64,000 nucleotides of DNA, taken from assembly GCA_002269645.1 (NCBI GenBank), contig NIVC01001823.1, positions 169,783 through 233,782 of the forward strand, written 5' to 3'. The stretch comes from Macrostomum lignano (Eukaryota). The notes below the pieces were generated by a model. That model was not told the DNA's origin, ran no database searches, and saw nothing but the letters and a program-made list of their open reading frames with translations. This document shows, piece by piece, positions 1 through 11,900 of the stretch (its first letter is position 1; every line of letters starts with the position of its first letter). The translations under genes were made by a program, and so were the position numbers.

Positions 1-719
1 GAGAGTGGGGGGAGGACGGGCGAACTTGGTTGGCCGGAAAATCCAACGCTTAGCCGACCATTTAGAAGAATAAACCAAGGTCAGAGTGGGACCTCAGGGG
101 AATCCCCAGCGCGCTCACCCCACCAGCCCCACCCCATGTTCTAAATTTAGCCCGTACAATGATGGCACTACAAACTGTAAGCCAAAGCGAGATGGTGAGA
201 CACAAGAAAGGACAAGGGACCTCAAAGTATTCATTCTCTGCGATCGCTCGTTTTGTCTAAATGTCTGAACTCAAAAATATAACGTTCTCTAATGTTTTCT
301 AATATTTCGTATTAATAACTCCTTTCTCCTGTAATCGCTTTGGATGACTCGCTTTCTTTAATATTAATCCTTGGATTTGATTTTGGCATAAAAATCGAGT
401 ATCAAACATCAAAAAAAAGAATCGTCAATCAACAGTCAAGGAGTCAACACACCTAATGGTAACGAATTTTAATTAGGTCAGCAAACCTTCAGTTTGGGTC
501 ATTAGTAGCTTTGAGTCCAGAGTTTTTGTCTTAGTGGCTTAGTGAGTCACGACTCACCAGTCACAAAATTCAAAATTGATTGACATAAGAAAATTTGAAA
601 ATGACATTTCTTGGCTTGTTCAGTGACTTCAGTCGTCAAGACGAGAAAGAAAAAGTCAAGAAATTTCTTAGAAATCCCTTCCTAAGTCTGTTAATAGCGC
701 AGATAAACCAGAAACTCAC

Positions 720-891
720 CAGAAGAGATGCCGCATACGGGCGGCACCCACATGCCTGACTTGATGAGGCCGAGCCACTCCGAGGTGATCAAAGTGTGAC
801 TCCGCTGAGCCTGGATCACGTTAATCAGCAGGCTGACGCCGACGCCCAGCAGGAACAACAGGCAGACTCGGATGATGAATTTCACCGACAT
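720..891 (-). CDS. INSIG: INSIG (insulin-induced gene) first coding exon, copy 1; later exons would lie left of the window
   Basis: MSVKFIIRVCLLFLLGVGVSLLINVIQAQRSHTLITSEWLGLIKSGMWVPPVCGISS resembles INSIG TM1-TM2 ([28 protein letters not shown]...WWVPPCCGTAA). Ends at a G|GTGAGT donor (intron starts at 719). Confidence 0.8.
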
Positions 892-1405
892 TATTTTTAA
901 ACTGGTTTTGCTGAATGAACGAATGACTCAAGAGTAAATCAATCTACTAGAGCTCACAATCAGAAAGTTCTTCTCTATCTTTTCTCTCTTGTCTTGCTTG
1001 GTCTTTCGCTTAAGAAAATCGAGGCATATATATTCATGACCTCAGCTTTCTATTCAACCTCAAGGGATTCCCTCTCTCAACCAATAGGAAACCGCCGTTA
1101 AAAAAAGACAAAACTCGTTCTATTTAGCCTACTGTTAGTAGGGGCATGAGAAAAGCCAAAGTATAATTTATATTAGAGTTAGATACAAAAAGCGAGAAGC
1201 TAGTCGATTTTGTAGTTTTGTTGACAAAACAACAGCTGCATAAATATTGACTGAAAAATTCTGAAACCTGCACTCCAGCGACGCCAAAATATAGTAATTC
1301 AGCGATAAAATGAGCCAATATTGTCAAGGCTGTCGTCGCCATAGATTTTGTGGTGGGGACAAAGCAAAACACTAAAATGAAACATGATGGACTTAAATTC
1401 ATTAG

Positions 1406-1735
1406 GTACTCATTTTTGCGGGGTAGGAACTCATTTTTGGGCCGCAGGGCACTCATTTTGACGCCGCAGGCACTTTTTTGGCGCCGCAGGGCATTTGGCA
1501 CCGCAGTCAGGCACTCATTTTGGCGCCGCAGGGCACTCATTTTGGCGCCACAGGCAGGCACTCATTTTGGCGCCGCAGGGCACTCATTTTGGCGCTTTAG
1601 CCACTCATTTTAGCGCCGCAGGCAGTCACTCATTTTAGCGCCACAGTCAGGCACTCATTTTAGCGCCACGCACTCATTTTAGCGCCGCAGGCAGGCACTC
1701 ATTTTAGCACCGCAGGCACTCATTTTTGCGCCTCA
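1406..1735. repeat. Minisatellite, 21-25 bp unit (ggcactcattttggcgccgcag...)
   Basis: Tandem units are directly visible. Same family as 3776-4195 and 9327-10056. Confidence 0.95.
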
Positions 1736-3089
1736 TTTAACATTGAGCAGTTTCATGTAATTTTATGGAATCACAGTGAATCACATCTTTCTTTTCTTCT
1801 AACAGTATTTTAGTCACTTTTTGTTGAACACCAATATGAGCATGTACATGAATTTTGACGTTTACATTTGAATGCATTAACTATTAACATTTAATAAATG
1901 AATCTAGGTGATGGTGTGCAATGAAAAGCCAATAGTTTATGCTATCTCTTCTGTACAAACAATTGAGTCTTATAGTTACAATACGAGCTACATCAATTTA
2001 CACATTGTGATGCAGATGCAATCCCTGATCAGCCGCCATCATGTTGCGAAAGTGACTCTGAAAAGCCGGAGAAAGAATTTCAGCATGCAGACAGGGCCTG
2101 TCGGAAAGGTCTCAGACTACGGTAATGCTTAAGCAATCGCAGAAGCTCACGACCCCACCTGCCAATCTGCCCGAGACTGGCATGGGCTCTGCGTCCCAGG
2201 CCGCAACGACGGGGCTGCAGGTGACTGTCGGGCTACTGCTGAGCTGCTCGCTGACATCGTCGGCTGCTGGCACCGCTGGAGACTCGAGGTCTGAAGGCAT
2301 GGCTGATATATTTGAAGTAGTGCGTCCTCCTCCTTCTGAATGTTGCGCCTTCTCTTTCTATTAAGAGAGGGAGAGTGGGGGGAGGACGGGCGAACTTGGT
2401 TGGCCGGAAAATCCAACGCTTAGCCGACCATTTAGAAGAATAAACCAAGGTCAGAGTGGGACCTCAGGGGAATCCCCAGCGCGCTCACCCCACCAGCCCC
2501 ACCCCATGTTCTAAATTTAGCCCGTACAATGATGGCACTACAAACTGTAAGCCAAAGCGAGATGGTGAGACACAAGAAAGGACAAGGGACCTCAAAGTAT
2601 TCATTCTCTGCGATCGCTCGTTTTGTCTAAATGTCTGAACTCAAAAATATAACGTTCTCTAATGTTTTCTAATATTTCGTATTAATAACTCCTTTCTCCT
2701 GTAATCGCTTTGGATGACTCGCTTTCTTTAATATTAATCCTTGGATTTGATTTTGGCATAAAAATCGAGTATCAAACATCAAAAAAAAGAATCGTCAATC
2801 AACAGTCAAGGAGTCAACACACCTAATGGTAACGAATTTTAATTAGGTCAGCAAACCTTCAGTTTGGGTCATTAGTAGCTTTGAGTCCAGAGTTTTTGTC
2901 TTAGTGGCTTAGTGAGTCACGACTCACCAGTCACAAAATTCAAAATTGATTGACATAAGAAAATTTGAAAATGACATTTCTTGGCTTGTTCAGTGACTTC
3001 AGTCGTCAAGACGAGAAAGAAAAAGTCAAGAAATTTCTTAGAAATCCCTTCCTAAGTCTGTTAATAGCGCAGATAAACCAGAAACTCAC

Positions 3090-3261
3090 CAGAAGAGATG
3101 CCGCATACGGGCGGCACCCACATGCCTGACTTGATGAGGCCGAGCCACTCCGAGGTGATCAAAGTGTGACTCCGCTGAGCCTGGATCACGTTAATCAGCA
3201 GGCTGACGCCGACGCCCAGCAGGAACAACAGGCAGACTCGGATGATGAATTTCACCGACAT
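3090..3261 (-). CDS. INSIG: INSIG first coding exon, duplicated copy 2
   Basis: Same translation and donor as 720-891, shifted by 2370 bp. Confidence 0.7.
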
Positions 3262-3775
3262 TATTTTTAAACTGGTTTTGCTGAATGAACGAATGACTCA
3301 AGAGTAAATCAATCTACTAGAGCTCACAATCAGAAAGTTCTTCTCTATCTTTTCTCTCTTGTCTTGCTTGGTCTTTCGCTTAAGAAAATCTAGGCATATA
3401 TATTCATGACCTCAGCTTTCTATTCAACCTCAAGGGATTCCCTCTCTCTCAACCAATAGGAAACGGCCGTTTAAAAAGACAAAACTCGTTCTATTTAGCC
3501 TACTGTTAGTAGGGGCATGAGAAAAGCCAAAGTATAATTTATATTAGAGTTAGATACAAAAAGCGAGAAGCTAGTCGATTTTGTAGTTTTGTTGACAAAA
3601 CAACAGCTGCATAAATATTGATTGAAAAATTCTGAAACCTGCACTCCTGCGACGCCAAAATATAGTAATTCGGCGATAAAATGAGCCCATATTGTCAAGG
3701 CTGTCGTCGCCATGGATTTTGTGGTGGGGACAAAGCAAAACACTAAAATGAAACATGATGGACTTAAATTCATAA

Positions 3776-4195
3776 AGTACTCATTTTTGCGGGGTAGGAA
3801 CTCATTTTTGGGCCGCAGGGCACTCATTTTGACGCCGCAGGCACTTTTTTGGCGCCGCAGGGCATTTGGCACCGCAGTCAGGCACTCATTTTGGCGCCGC
3901 AGGGCACTCATTTTGACGCCACAGGCAGGCACTCATTTTGGCGCCGCAGGGCACTCATTTTGGCGCCATAGGCATTCATTGTGGCGCTGCAGTCACTCAT
4001 TTTAGCGCCGCAGGCAGGCACTCATTTTGGCGCCGCAGGCAGTCATTTTGATGCCACAGGCACTCATTTTGCCGCTTTAGCCACTCATTTTAGCGCCACA
4101 GGCACTCATTTTAGCGCCGCAGGCAGGCACTCATTTTAGCGCCGCAGGCAGGCACTCATTTTAGCGCCGCAGGCAGGCACTCATTTTAGCGCCTC
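3776..4195. repeat. Minisatellite (ggcactcattttggcgccgcag family), longer than its counterpart in copy 1
   Basis: Tandem units are directly visible, with more units than at 1406-1735. Confidence 0.95.
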
Positions 4196-5391
4196 ATTTA
4201 ACATTGAGCAGTTTCATGTAAATTTAAGGAATCACAGTGAATCACATCTTTATTTTCTTCTAACAGTATTTTAGTCACTTTTTGTTGATCACCAATATGA
4301 GCATGTACATGAATTTTGACGTTTACATGTGAATGCATTAACTATTAACATTTAATAAATGAATCTAGGTGATGGGTGTGCAATGAAAAGCCAATAGTTT
4401 ATGCTATCTCTTCTGTACAAAAATTGAGTCTTATAGTTACAATACGAGCTACATCAATTTACAAATTGTGATGCAGATGCAATCCCTGATCAGCCCCATC
4501 AGGTTGCGAAAGTGACTCTGAAAAGCCGGAGAAAGAATTTCAGCATGCAGACAGGGCCTGTCGGAAAGGTCTCAGACTACGGTAATGCTTAAGCAATCGC
4601 AGAAGCTCACGACCCCACCTGACAATCTGCCCGAGACTGGCATGGGCTCTGCGTCCCAGGCCGCAACGATGGGGCTGCAGGTGACTGTCGGGCTACTGCT
4701 GAGCTGCTCGCTGACATCGTCGGCTGCTGGCACCGCTGGGGACTCGAGGTCTGAAGGCATGGCTGATATATTTGAAGTAGTGCGTCCTCCTCCTTCTGAA
4801 TGTTGCGCCTTCTCTTTCTATTAAGAAATTCTGTGGGTAATGCCCTTTGTGACAATACAACACTTGCCCCTGCAATATTGAGTATACTTTTATGAACCTG
4901 ATCGGGTAAAGGCAGTGGCTATACTCGTATAGAAACGTTTAGCAGAAGCGCAGCTGCAAAGAAGTAAAGCATATAAGTATAGCTACGCTCGTATACATGT
5001 ACAATATTTTTTGCAGACCATTTGCAGGCTATTACGAGCACCCGTAGACAATTCCAATTCCCAAAGTTACTGGTGTTGTATTTGAGAAGAAAAAAATTCT
5101 GTTAGAGAAAGAAAACAGAGCGCAACTGAGCTGAGCAAAACTGAATCGATAATTATTGAACGGTCTACCAAGTCTGCATGGCCACTCGATCTATCAGAAA
5201 AATTTATGATCAGAGTTGTGTTGTGAGTCGATAGTTTTTTTAGTTAGGCGCCGCACTAGTCAGCTGTTCCCTTCGCCCTCGCCCCAGGCTTCTGTCTGCC
5301 GCTGGGCAGTTGTCTGTCCCTTCTCGCCTGTCCTCTGGCAGGGTCGTTTCATAAACCCTAATTTTCACAACGTCAAAAATAAGCAATGCAG

Positions 5392-5520
5392 CAGATTTCA
5401 CAAGACCTAAATTTCACAAGACCTGAATTTCACAAGACCTAAATTTCACAAGCCCTAAATTTCACAAGACCTAAATTTCACAAGACCTAAATTTTACAAG
5501 ACCTAAATTTCACAACGCCT
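5392..5520. repeat. 16-bp minisatellite (acaagacctaaatttc), about 7-8 copies
   Basis: Direct inspection. Confidence 0.9.
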
Positions 5521-5809
5521 AAAAACACTATAGAGATAAAATCTTTCTTCTACAATCCTTCTGTATCTCCATAGTGTTTTTATGGTGACTCGCGACGGGG
5601 GGTCCTTCATTTTTTGGTGCAATCGATTTCCCTCTATAAATGCAGACCCCCTTCATGGCTTGGCTCAGACAAGCGTTTCGGCGTCCTCCTCTATATCTTT
5701 CCGTTTCGTCCTGCTTGACTTTCTCTCTCGTCTTAGTTATTTGCTTCAAAGAGCTCGGCACCTCACCGAAGGCTGCAACTCTGCGGAGTTGGTGGCAGGG
5801 GGCGCTTTC

Positions 5810-7763
5810 ATTAGGCCGAAATTTCACTTCGCCGAAAAGCAGCCTCTTTCACTAGGCCGAAACTTCACTTTGCTGAAATGACTAGCACGCTCTTTCATAA
5901 GGCCGAAACTTCACTTTGCTGAAATGACTAGCACGCTCTTTCATAAGGCCGAAACTTCACTAGGCCGAAACTTCACTAGGCCGAAACTTCACATTGCCGA
6001 AAATCATTTTAGCAGCCTCTTTTACTAGGCCGAAACTTCACATTGCCGAAATGACTAGCACGCTCTTTCATAAGGCCGAAACTTCACTTCGCCGAAAAGC
6101 AGCCTCTTTCACTAGGCCGAAACTTCACTTTGCCGAAATGACTTGCACGCTCTTTCATAAGGCCGAAACTTCACTAGGCCGAAACTTCACTAGGCCGAAA
6201 CTTCACTAGGCCGAAACTTCACTTTGCCGATATGACTAGCACGCTCTTTCATAAGGACGAAACCATTTTAGGAGCCTCTTTCACTAGGCCGAAACTTCAC
6301 ATTGCCGAAAATCATTTTAGCAGCCTTTTTTACTAGGCCGAAACTTCACTTTGCCGAAATGACTAGCACGCTCTTTCATAAGGCCGAAACTTCACATTGC
6401 CGAAAATCATTTTAGCAGCCTCTTTTACTAGGCCGAAACTTCACATTGCCGAAAATCATTTTAGCAGCCTTTTTTACTAGGCCGAAACTTCACTTTGCCG
6501 AAATGACTAGCACGCTCTTTCATAAGGCCGAAACTTCACATTGCCGAAAATCATTTTAGCAGCCTCTTTTACTAGGCCGAAACTTCACATTGCCGAAAAT
6601 CATTTTAGCAGCCTTTTTTACTAGGCCGAAACTTCACTTTGCCGAAATGACTAGCACGCTCTTTCATAAGGCCGAAACTTCACATTGCCGAAAATCATTT
6701 TAGCAGCCTCTTTTACTAGGCCGAAACTTCACATTGCCGAAAATCATTTTAGCAGCCTTTTTTACTAGGCCGAAACTTCACTTTGCCGAAATGACTAGCA
6801 CGCTCTTTCATAAGGCCGAAACTTCACATTGCCGAAAATCATTTTAGCAGCCTCTTTACTATGGTCGAAAGGGGATGTGAACTTAAGCGTCCAAAATGGA
6901 ACCGCAAGCAAGCAGTGACGATTTCTCTGCACCAGTTTCTTTATTTTGACCTGAGTGTTACTGCTACTAAAGTGGGAGCACGATATGGTCACTCAGTTTT
7001 TTGTATGGAATATTTTTGGCATTCCTGACTTCATTTGGGGTTAACTTTGATTTCTTATTATTTTCATTGCATCTTCTGTCCCAGTCGGATGGACTTTTAA
7101 GTTGTAGAGTGCTTAAGTCCTTGACTTCTGTGAAATTCAACCCGTATGTTTTTAGTATCAAAAAGACAATGTACAATAGTATATGATTTTTTATATGCCC
7201 CCATATTGTCTCTCCTATCTTCCCCATTTTTTTCTTAAATTGCTCGCTCATACCCTTCAGTCTAGCCGCTAGCGGGAACGAGCCCTATACAGGCCTGGTC
7301 CTGTTGTCTGCTATTGGTCTGTGCAAGGACTCGTGGATCTAGCAGGTTCTAGTTCTAGATCTCTGAGGTCTGTTTAATGATTAATGATTAATAATAGTGA
7401 TTAGTTATTAATCAATAATAATAATTATAATAATAATATAATGATAATAATTATTAACGATTAAAGATTCAGTTTAATGTTACCATGTTAGTTTCGGCCT
7501 AGTGAAAATGTTTTTTTCGGCAAAGTGAAGTTTCGGCCTAGTGAAAGAGGCTCCTAAAATGGTTTCGTCCTTATGAAAGAGCGTGCTAGTCATATCGGCA
7601 AAGTGAAGTTTCGGCCTAGTGAAGTTTCGGCCTAGTGAAGTTTCGGCCTTATGAAAGAGCGTGCTAGTCATCTCGGCAAAGTGAAGTTTCGACCTAGTGA
7701 AGTTTCGGCCTAGAGAAAAACTATGCTAAATGATTTTTCGGCAAAGTGAAGTTTCGGCCTAAT
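5810..7763. mobile_element. Foldback-type non-autonomous element with long, internally repetitive inverted arms (5810-6860 and 7490-7763) and an AT-rich spacer of about 630 bp
   Basis: Left arm is built from aggccgaaacttcac units and the right arm from their reverse complement. Both ends read attaggccgaaa. The diagnostic variant gccgatatgactagcacgctctttcataaggacgaaaccattttaggagcc occurs in both arms. No clear TSD and no transposase. Confidence 0.7.
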
Positions 7764-9326
7764 AGATCAACTCGAATACTTCCCAGGAGAGCTCAAGGTA
7801 GGCAGCTCTAGTGACTGATTGGGAAGCGAACAGCAAAGTACTTCAGTTGGATACGAAAAGCGAGACAATGCAATTTTGAAAGCTTTGCTCACGAGTAATA
7901 ACAAACAGCATTAATGAGGTAATGACTAAAAAGTTCCAGAAAAGTGCCGTAAAGACGGTCTCTGACTGTTTTTACCCTGGCTGCCTCTCTGGTAGCTTGT
8001 CTAAGGGTTGTGCGCAATCCGATTGGCCTAGCTTCGGCTAGCCCAATAATTAAGGGTCCGCTCCGGAGGGGCTGTGCCCAGTCTAAATTGACTAAAAATA
8101 AAACCCTATTCTTTTTTCGTACTCCAATAATTTGGCCATCGGCCCTGGGTTAGGGGGGGGGGTGCCCGGAGTGAGTTGGATATCTGGACTGCAGTGTGGC
8201 TAGGACGGGACTGAGCCCCCCGGTCGTACCCGCCCTGCAGGAAAGAAAATGACCAATTCACAAAGGTGCACGGTAGACCCAGTAGACTGCCAGCCCTGAG
8301 GCTGAGCCCCGGGTACAGGTTTGAGAGGAGGCCTGTGTGGGTTCAGGTGCTCCTCCAGCTATGTTTTAGTCCTTTACAGTATTGTTTTTATCTTAACCCG
8401 GCCTATGTAGCCATCCAATTTCTCGGAGTTATGAGCTCTGCCCACTGCCCGGTCCATCCTGCTCTGTCCTTGGGTCCATCTACTGGCTCCTGCTGACGGT
8501 CCCTGCCTGCGTGTCTCTGGCTCTCATCCTGACAGTGGATTGGTGTCCTGGGAAGGATGTTCGTCCCGTACCGGGGACAACCGGCTGAGTCCGGTGTCCT
8601 CTTGCCCCTGGTGCCTCTTCCCGACCCCTTGGCCTGGCCCCCAATAATGAGCTGGATAGGCGATGCCCTTGTGGCTTGCAGCCCTATAGGAGGGTTTTCT
8701 GGTTTACCTCTTGATAGGAGACTCGCCCTCAGATACAAGCCTTCCAGAATCCAGACTCGCTCCAATAGTTAGCCCTTTCCAAGACTTCTGGGTTTACCCG
8801 CTCTTGGACGGCTTTTAGTAATAAATCCAATTCTGTTTTTCGCGCACTCCGAGGACTTGTCTGCTGGGGGGGGGGGGGGTGGCCTGGGTGGACTCGGTCC
8901 TAGCACCGTCCCTGATTCCATTGTTGGTTTGGCGGTGTCTTGTACCGTAGGTTTGGGTCGACTTCGCCCTCCCGCGCTTTATGCGCGGGCCCAATCTCCA
9001 TCTCTCGGGGTATCTCGGGCTCTAAAAACAGCTAATGCTGTGCCCCTGGCAGTGCCCCTCGCAGCAGAGCCCTTCCATGTGGCTGATCCGCGGGTCCCCC
9101 CTTAGGACCCTTTCGTTTAACAACAACAACAAAAAAGTTCCAGAGCATGCACGCCTGCCTCCTGCGACGCCAAGATAAAGTCATTCGGCGATTAAAATGA
9201 TCGAGTTCATGTTGTCAGGACTGTCGCCATGGATTTTATGGTGGGGGGGAATCAAAACATTATGCAGTTACATGGACTTACGTGTACATTCTAGATATTA
9301 TTTTTCGAACCTGCGTTGTTTAAAAC

Positions 9327-10056
9327 TTACTCATTTTGGCGCCGCAGACACTCACTTTGGCGCCGCAGGCAGGCACTCACTTTGGCGCCGCAGGCAGGCA
9401 CTCATTTTGGCGCCGCAGGCAGGCACTTACTTTGGCGCCTCAGGCACTCATTTTGGCGTCAGAGACACTCATTTTTTCGCCGCAGGCAGGCACTCACTTT
9501 GGCGCCGCAGGCAGGCACTCATTTTGGCGCCGCAGGCAGGCACCTACTTTGGCGCCGCAGGCAGGCACTCATTTTGGCGCCGCAGGCAGGCACTCATTTT
9601 GGCGCCGCAGGCAGGCACTCATTTTGGCGCCGCAGGCAGGCACTCATGTTGGCGCCGCAGGCAGGCACTCACTTTGGCGCCGCAGGCAGGCACTCACTTT
9701 GGCGCCGCAGGCAGGCACTCATTTTGGCGCCGCAGGCAGGCACTCATTTTGGCGCCGCAGGCAGGCACTCATTTTGGCGCCGCAGGCAGGCACTCATTTT
9801 GGCGCCGCAGGCAGGCACTCATTTTGGCGCCGCAGGCAGGCACTCATTTTGGCGCCGCAGGCAGGCACTCATTTTGGCGCCGCAGGCAGGCACTCATGTT
9901 GGCGCCGCAGGCAGGCACTCACTTTGGCGCCGCAGGCAGGCACTCATTTTGGCGCCGCAGGCAGGCACTCATTTTGGCGCCGCAGGCAGGCACTCACTTT
10001 GGCGCCGCAGGCAGGCACTCATGTTGGCGCCGCAGGCAGGCACTCATGTTGGCGCT
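9327..10056. repeat. 25-bp minisatellite (ggcactcattttggcgccgcaggca), about 29 copies
   Basis: 25-bp period (ggcgccgcag at 9601, 9626, 9651). Explains the stop-free ORFs 9197-10258. Confidence 0.97.
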
Positions 10057-10939
10057 TTCCGTGACTCATAAATTCTCCTGTCAATATGTTATAGCGCCGT
10101 TGGATGGAATACACAGTTTGCAGCTTCACAGCTTCAGCCATCGTGAAGTGTGGACAGCGCCAGCTATCACCTCTTCAAATTGCACTCACATCCAGCTCTT
10201 ACGTGTACTTTTCGTTGCCTGTCTTGTCATACAGTTAGGAGCCCACTGTGCTGCGTGATCTTGTTCTTCTAGTGCTTCATCTGAGGTAACTATAGCTCTC
10301 CCATCTTCCTCCAAAAGCTGGCTAGCTTCCTGATCCCTCGATCTTCTTCTTCAGCTTCTCTTTCCTCTTTTGCAGCCAAAGCGACACCATGCAGTGTGAC
10401 ACTGGAAATGACTAAATGGCTGCTCGGGATTATTAAATTTAGTTGCTCCAAAGCCCATCATAGTTTGGACCATATTTTAGACTACTGAGAAATTAATGGA
10501 TGTGGCTGAGCTTTGCACTGCAGGTGTCTATACAGGTCCTTGCCTATACAGGTCATTGGCTAAAACGATTTCGTTGTTCAATTTTTGTTTTTTCCTTAGA
10601 TGTGCAGCTTGAGAAAGTCGATCACATTGACTGATTTAAAACACACAACATTGGCAAACAGTTGTACATGTACAGTACAGCGAATTATGTACAACGCGTA
10701 TACGTCACGCATGCAAACATGTAACAAAAAACTTAATTCGACAGTCCTTTGTGCAGTCATTGCAATCAATGAGTCTGCACGTTCCCATACCACTGCGGTG
10801 GAGCCCGACTCCTCGCACTCGCTCGAATCGCCGTCGGTGCTCCTTGATGCGGCAGCAGGTCTTCGCGACCGAGAGCCGTCACTGTCACTGAGGATCACGG
10901 CGGTGGTGCGATCTAGCGATTCTTGAGATCTCAGCCGGC

Positions 10940-11900
10940 TGCACAGCTTGGCACGCGCAAACGACGCGCCTTACCGCGCGCACCAAGTCGCTGACCTTGA
11001 ACGTCGGCAGTGACCTCCTCCTGGCCGAGTTGAGCTTATTGAAGACTCGCTGTTCATCCTGTCTGGCGTCTTTGGCTGCAGTGTGCCGTCAGCGGGGTGC
11101 TCATTTTCTGGCCCATCATCAGCTCCGTCGGTGACACCCCGTCGATCAAGACTTCAGCTATGGTCACTCTGCGGACATGCAGATTCTTTTCTGGTCACTT
11201 CGAATGCAGGTCGCACAGCACCAGAATGAAGCGGACTTGAGTTCCTTCAAGATGTTGAATTGAAGCTCCTCCCAAGGTCGCGTCGGCCACTTCGTCGGTG
11301 TCAGCATGTATGGCTTGAAGTTTTTCTAGCTGAGAGCAGCTGGCAGGCCTCGTAGTGCCGCACGATTTCTTTCATTAGGCTGTCGATCTTTGATTTGGCT
11401 GTCGATCTTTGATTTGGCTGTCGATCTTTGATTTGGCTGTCGATCTTTGATTTGGATGTCGATCTTTGATTTGGTGGTCGATCGGGCCACCAGACCTGAG
11501 TCCTTCGTCAGTCTATCCAAAGTAGCAAATTAGCGGGAATCACCGCGCGCAACCGATTCACCAGGCACTTGCTATCATTCCAGACTGCGAGCTGTTCACT
11601 GATCCATCAGAACGGCTGCAGCTCTCCGACATAATCTGCAAGCTTGATGGAACTCGGCCCACTTTGCAGGGTTATCTCGATCGCCATGGCTAATTCACCG
11701 GGACCTGAACTGTAGAGATATCTTGAATTGGACAGTTTGGTGTCACGATATGAAGCGCCCCGACACTTGGAGCTCCGCCGAGTCCTCCTCACCGCAACCG
11801 TGATACGAAATAAAGTCCGGAACGATTATCTTCTTTCCCGGAACTTGGTAGATCTTGAATTGTCGTGCGCGAGCACCCGCCGCGGTGCAGTCTCAAAAAA
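10940..11900 (-). mobile_element. Degenerate Ty3/Gypsy LTR-retrotransposon pol relic (protease-like and integrase fragments)
   Basis: Minus-strand peptides in different frames. LQSGPSSIKLADYVGELQPF is protease-like. LTPTKWPTRPWEELQF resembles the integrase start (WPxRPWxRxHxDF). GVSPTELMMGQKMSTPL and RRRSLPTFKVSDLVRAV match the typical Gypsy integrase C-terminus. Motif recall only, no alignment. Confidence 0.5.

Larger units (their letters stand above)
1..4826. repeat. Tandem segmental duplication, offset 2370 bp in the left half; first copy begins left of the window, second copy about 2367-4826
   Basis: Sequence at 1 (gagagtggggggaggacggg) recurs at 2371. ORFs at 86/2456, 691/3061, 1124/3495 and 2125/4585 are paired. 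Similarity stops after ttaaga at 4826. Confidence 0.97.

Noticed and set aside
2112-2416. Coding-looking GC-rich ORFs, duplicated at 4572-4875
   Set aside because: No recognisable domain and no consistent splice signals.
6967-7251. 94-aa ORF inside the foldback spacer as a possible transposase
   Set aside because: Too short, no DDE or zinc-finger motif, and AT-rich non-coding composition.
8040-9135. GC-richer segment ending in (caa)n/poly-A, possibly a retroelement 3' end
   Set aside because: No recognisable RT, endonuclease or RNase H motif in any frame, so it could not be classified.
9197-10258. 353-aa and overlapping repetitive ORFs
   Set aside because: The 25-bp minisatellite is open in all three frames.
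11085-11130. Hammerhead-ribozyme-like CTGATGA...GAAA on the minus strand
   Set aside because: Stem II is too short, no stem I/III pairing was found, and the segment reads as the integrase peptide ELMMGQKM.
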